Positions 61,713-64,000 of a DNA stretch of 64,000 nt are shown here, piece by piece. This DNA is from Callorhinchus milii (Eukaryota), in the NCBI RefSeq assembly GCF_018977255.1, contig NW_024704742.1:103542001-103606000 (forward strand), read 5' to 3'. The translations under genes and the position numbers were made by a program. Numbering within the stretch: the stretch's first letter is position 1; each line of letters starts with the position of its first letter. The notes under the pieces are model-generated. The model did no database searches, had not been told where the DNA came from, and saw only the letters and a list, made by a program, of their open reading frames with translations.

Positions 61713-62917
61713 ACATAAACGATGAACATATGTTCTCACCTTCTCATCAATTTAAACATCAACAGTAAACTTAAATAAATAAAAATTCTCCCAAAGAAAT
61801 AAAAATATCAATAAAAGAGCTAGCTGTTCTGTATTACTGTAATATCAGATACAACTGAGGATCACAACAGATCTCAAGAAAAATGGGTTGAAGAAGGCCT
61901 TTTGGCCCATTTGATCTCAATCTTCCAGAATACACACCCTATTGTCATCAAGCTATTTTTCTAAAATGATTTTCTAAGTGGTCCAAATTAAACCAGTTTC
62001 CAAATTAAAAACTGAATCAAAGAACTTTCAATTCTGTGTGACCTTAAATCTGTTTTAAAATGACTTGAGGTACCTCTTTAATATTGCTCCACCACCCTTG
62101 TGAAAAACAGCAGCAAATCCCCCAGAAAAAAAATACCCCAGAACAAATAAACTGTGTTTTATGTCATAACTGGGAAAATTGTCCACAACATTAACAACGT
62201 TTCTCCAGGAAATCTGTGTTTGTCACATAGAGTCCCAAGACCTTAGGGACTTAAACCTTGTGTACTTCGGGGTTAAATTGTATTGATAGATTTTTTGCAG
62301 TAAAGGTTCTGGTTGAGCAGATTTCATATTTGAAACAGCATGCCCTGCAACATGAACAAAACACAAAATGCCCTGCAAAATCTTGTGCTGACAGTGGATC
62401 TGTACTATCAATTAACTACAGAGGTGCTAATCTCAAATTGTACCTCTGTACAGAGGCATTTTAGATAAGAATGACAGATTTATTTACAAGAAAAACTGTG
62501 CTGCTAGATTTCCAGGTTCCAGATATATGCTCATTGATGCCTGGAATGACGTGTTCAGGTCATTCTCCAGAAGGAATACTAAGGACTTTTTGTTCGATTC
62601 TGGACGGTTTCAGAAGAAAACATCTGCCCAGCAATTATCAGCCAACAAGCCACTAAAAATTCCATTAGTACAGAAATAAAATGTCCACTCCCTGTCAGCT
62701 GTTAATTCACCATCTTTGCTGGAAGAAATAAAGCACTGGTACCTATGCTTGAGATTTGCCCTGACTGCACCGAGGTGGTAACAGTGCAAAGTGGTAATCT
62801 GGCAAGAAGCAGGGAAGAAAAAAACGTTTTATCAAGAAATGGCAACATTAAACAGCAGCTCAGACCGAGAAACGTGCCTCAGAATGTAAAGTCGTTGTCC
62901 TCCAAGGAACTGCATAT

Positions 62918-63000
62918 ATAGGAACAGGAGTAGGTCATTCAACCCCTCAAGTCTGTTCTGCCATTCTATTAGATCACAGCTGCTCTGTAACTCAACTCCA
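62918..63000 (-). mobile_element. CR1-type 3' end
   Basis: ATAGGAACAGGAGTAGGTCATTCAACCCCTCAAGTCTGTTCTGCCATTC, like the 14888 copy. Confidence 0.7.
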
Positions 63001-63626
63001 ATTTTAATACATGTCATACATGTCACTCTGACCAACAAGAACTCAGCTTCAGCTGAAGTTGTATTCTTCCAAGTCAGCATGACATACATGGGGAACCCTA
63101 CAGGAGAGGTACTTCACAACTCAAAGCCCTTGATTTGTTTGGTGTGAGACACCACTCATGCTATCATATTCTGACAAGTGCTGTTTCAACCCCATGGTTC
63201 TAAAGTTCTTGTGAAATAAATCACAAAATGATACAGTATTTATCTCCAAGCTTAAAACGAAAGAACTAAACACCTAAACAAGGTGAACAAAGTAAACAAG
63301 GCATAGGTACAGATTACTCAAGATTAGTGAAAGCACATGAATCATTTTGCAATTAACACAGGTAGCAGAATGGACGAACCCAACATCCCAATAAAACATC
63401 CCAATAAAACATTTCCCCTCCCTAACCGCGAATGTTGAGGAAAATTGAAGCACCAGGTAATGTTAGAATAACTAACTCAGTGTTGTTCAATTGAAATCAC
63501 TCTCACAGCCACAGCATATCGGACAACCCTGATCTAACTCATCACTGATCTAACTGGGTCCTACCTGGTATCCTGGGATCAACAAATTGCTGGATAAATT
63601 TAAAGTCATCAAATGGCTTAAAGGCA

Positions 63627-63765
63627 ATAATAATAATCCTTACATTTGATATTGCACCTTTCACATTAGGAGAATGTCTCAAAACGCTTCATAGGATTTA
63701 AGGTACTGTGTAGTAGTGACTGTGTAGTTGTGGGTAAATGTAGCAGCTAATTTTCACACAGCAAT
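63627..63765 (-). mobile_element. Old SINE 3' fragment with L2-type tail
   Basis: AATAATAATCCTTACATTTGATATTGCACCTTTCACA... Confidence 0.65.
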
Positions 63766-64000
63766 GAAGGTCATATTGAAGGTTATGCCATGCATCATCT
63801 GGTGTCAGTATAGCTGATGTCCCGCTGCATATTGAGAATGACACTGAAATAGGTATAAGTTCACAAATGTGTACATTTCTCTCATCCACAAATGAACGCA
63901 AGCATATTTTGCAAAGACGCTCCATCCAAGTAACACAGTACAACAAAAACAACATTTATATAGCTCTCATCACACAGCTAGCAACTCGGAGCACTTAACA

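Noticed and set aside
1..64000. CRISPR array, prokaryotic operon or endogenous viral ORFs
   Set aside because: No regularly spaced repeats with unique spacers, no gene-dense ORFs, no gag/pol/env or capsid motifs; the content is vertebrate retrotransposon debris.

Overview
AT-rich, repeat-dense vertebrate non-coding DNA, either a large intron or an intergenic region. No protein-coding host exon, rRNA, genuine tRNA gene or CRISPR array can be recognised. The repeat repertoire points by inference to a cartilaginous fish, probably a chimaera (Callorhinchus-like). It includes L2 and CR1 LINE fragments, a very abundant tRNA-Ala(TGC)-headed CORE-type SINE with an L2-type tail, DeuSINE (SacSINE1/AmnSINE1-like), AmnSINE2-like and LF-SINE-like relics, a Penelope-type inverted-repeat element and palindromic MITEs. 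The ORFs with recognisable content are broken L2/CR1 reverse-transcriptase frames or reading frames through SINEs; the rest match nothing I recognise. Most notable observations: (1) a TSD-flanked Penelope-type element with a degenerate minimal hammerhead ribozyme core (13.2-13.4 kb); (2) an unclassified ~500-bp repeat in three copies, one of which gained a 27-bp hairpin, apparently by template switching; (3) twin ~50-bp-stem hairpins at 56.9-57.2 kb; (4) a young L2 inserted into an older L2 at nearly the homologous position; (5) a SINE subfamily whose 3' stem-loop matches the young L2; (6) several weak candidate minus-strand exons or promoters. I found no evidence for a new protein-coding system. 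Family names rest on remembered consensus sequences, not on alignments I ran.
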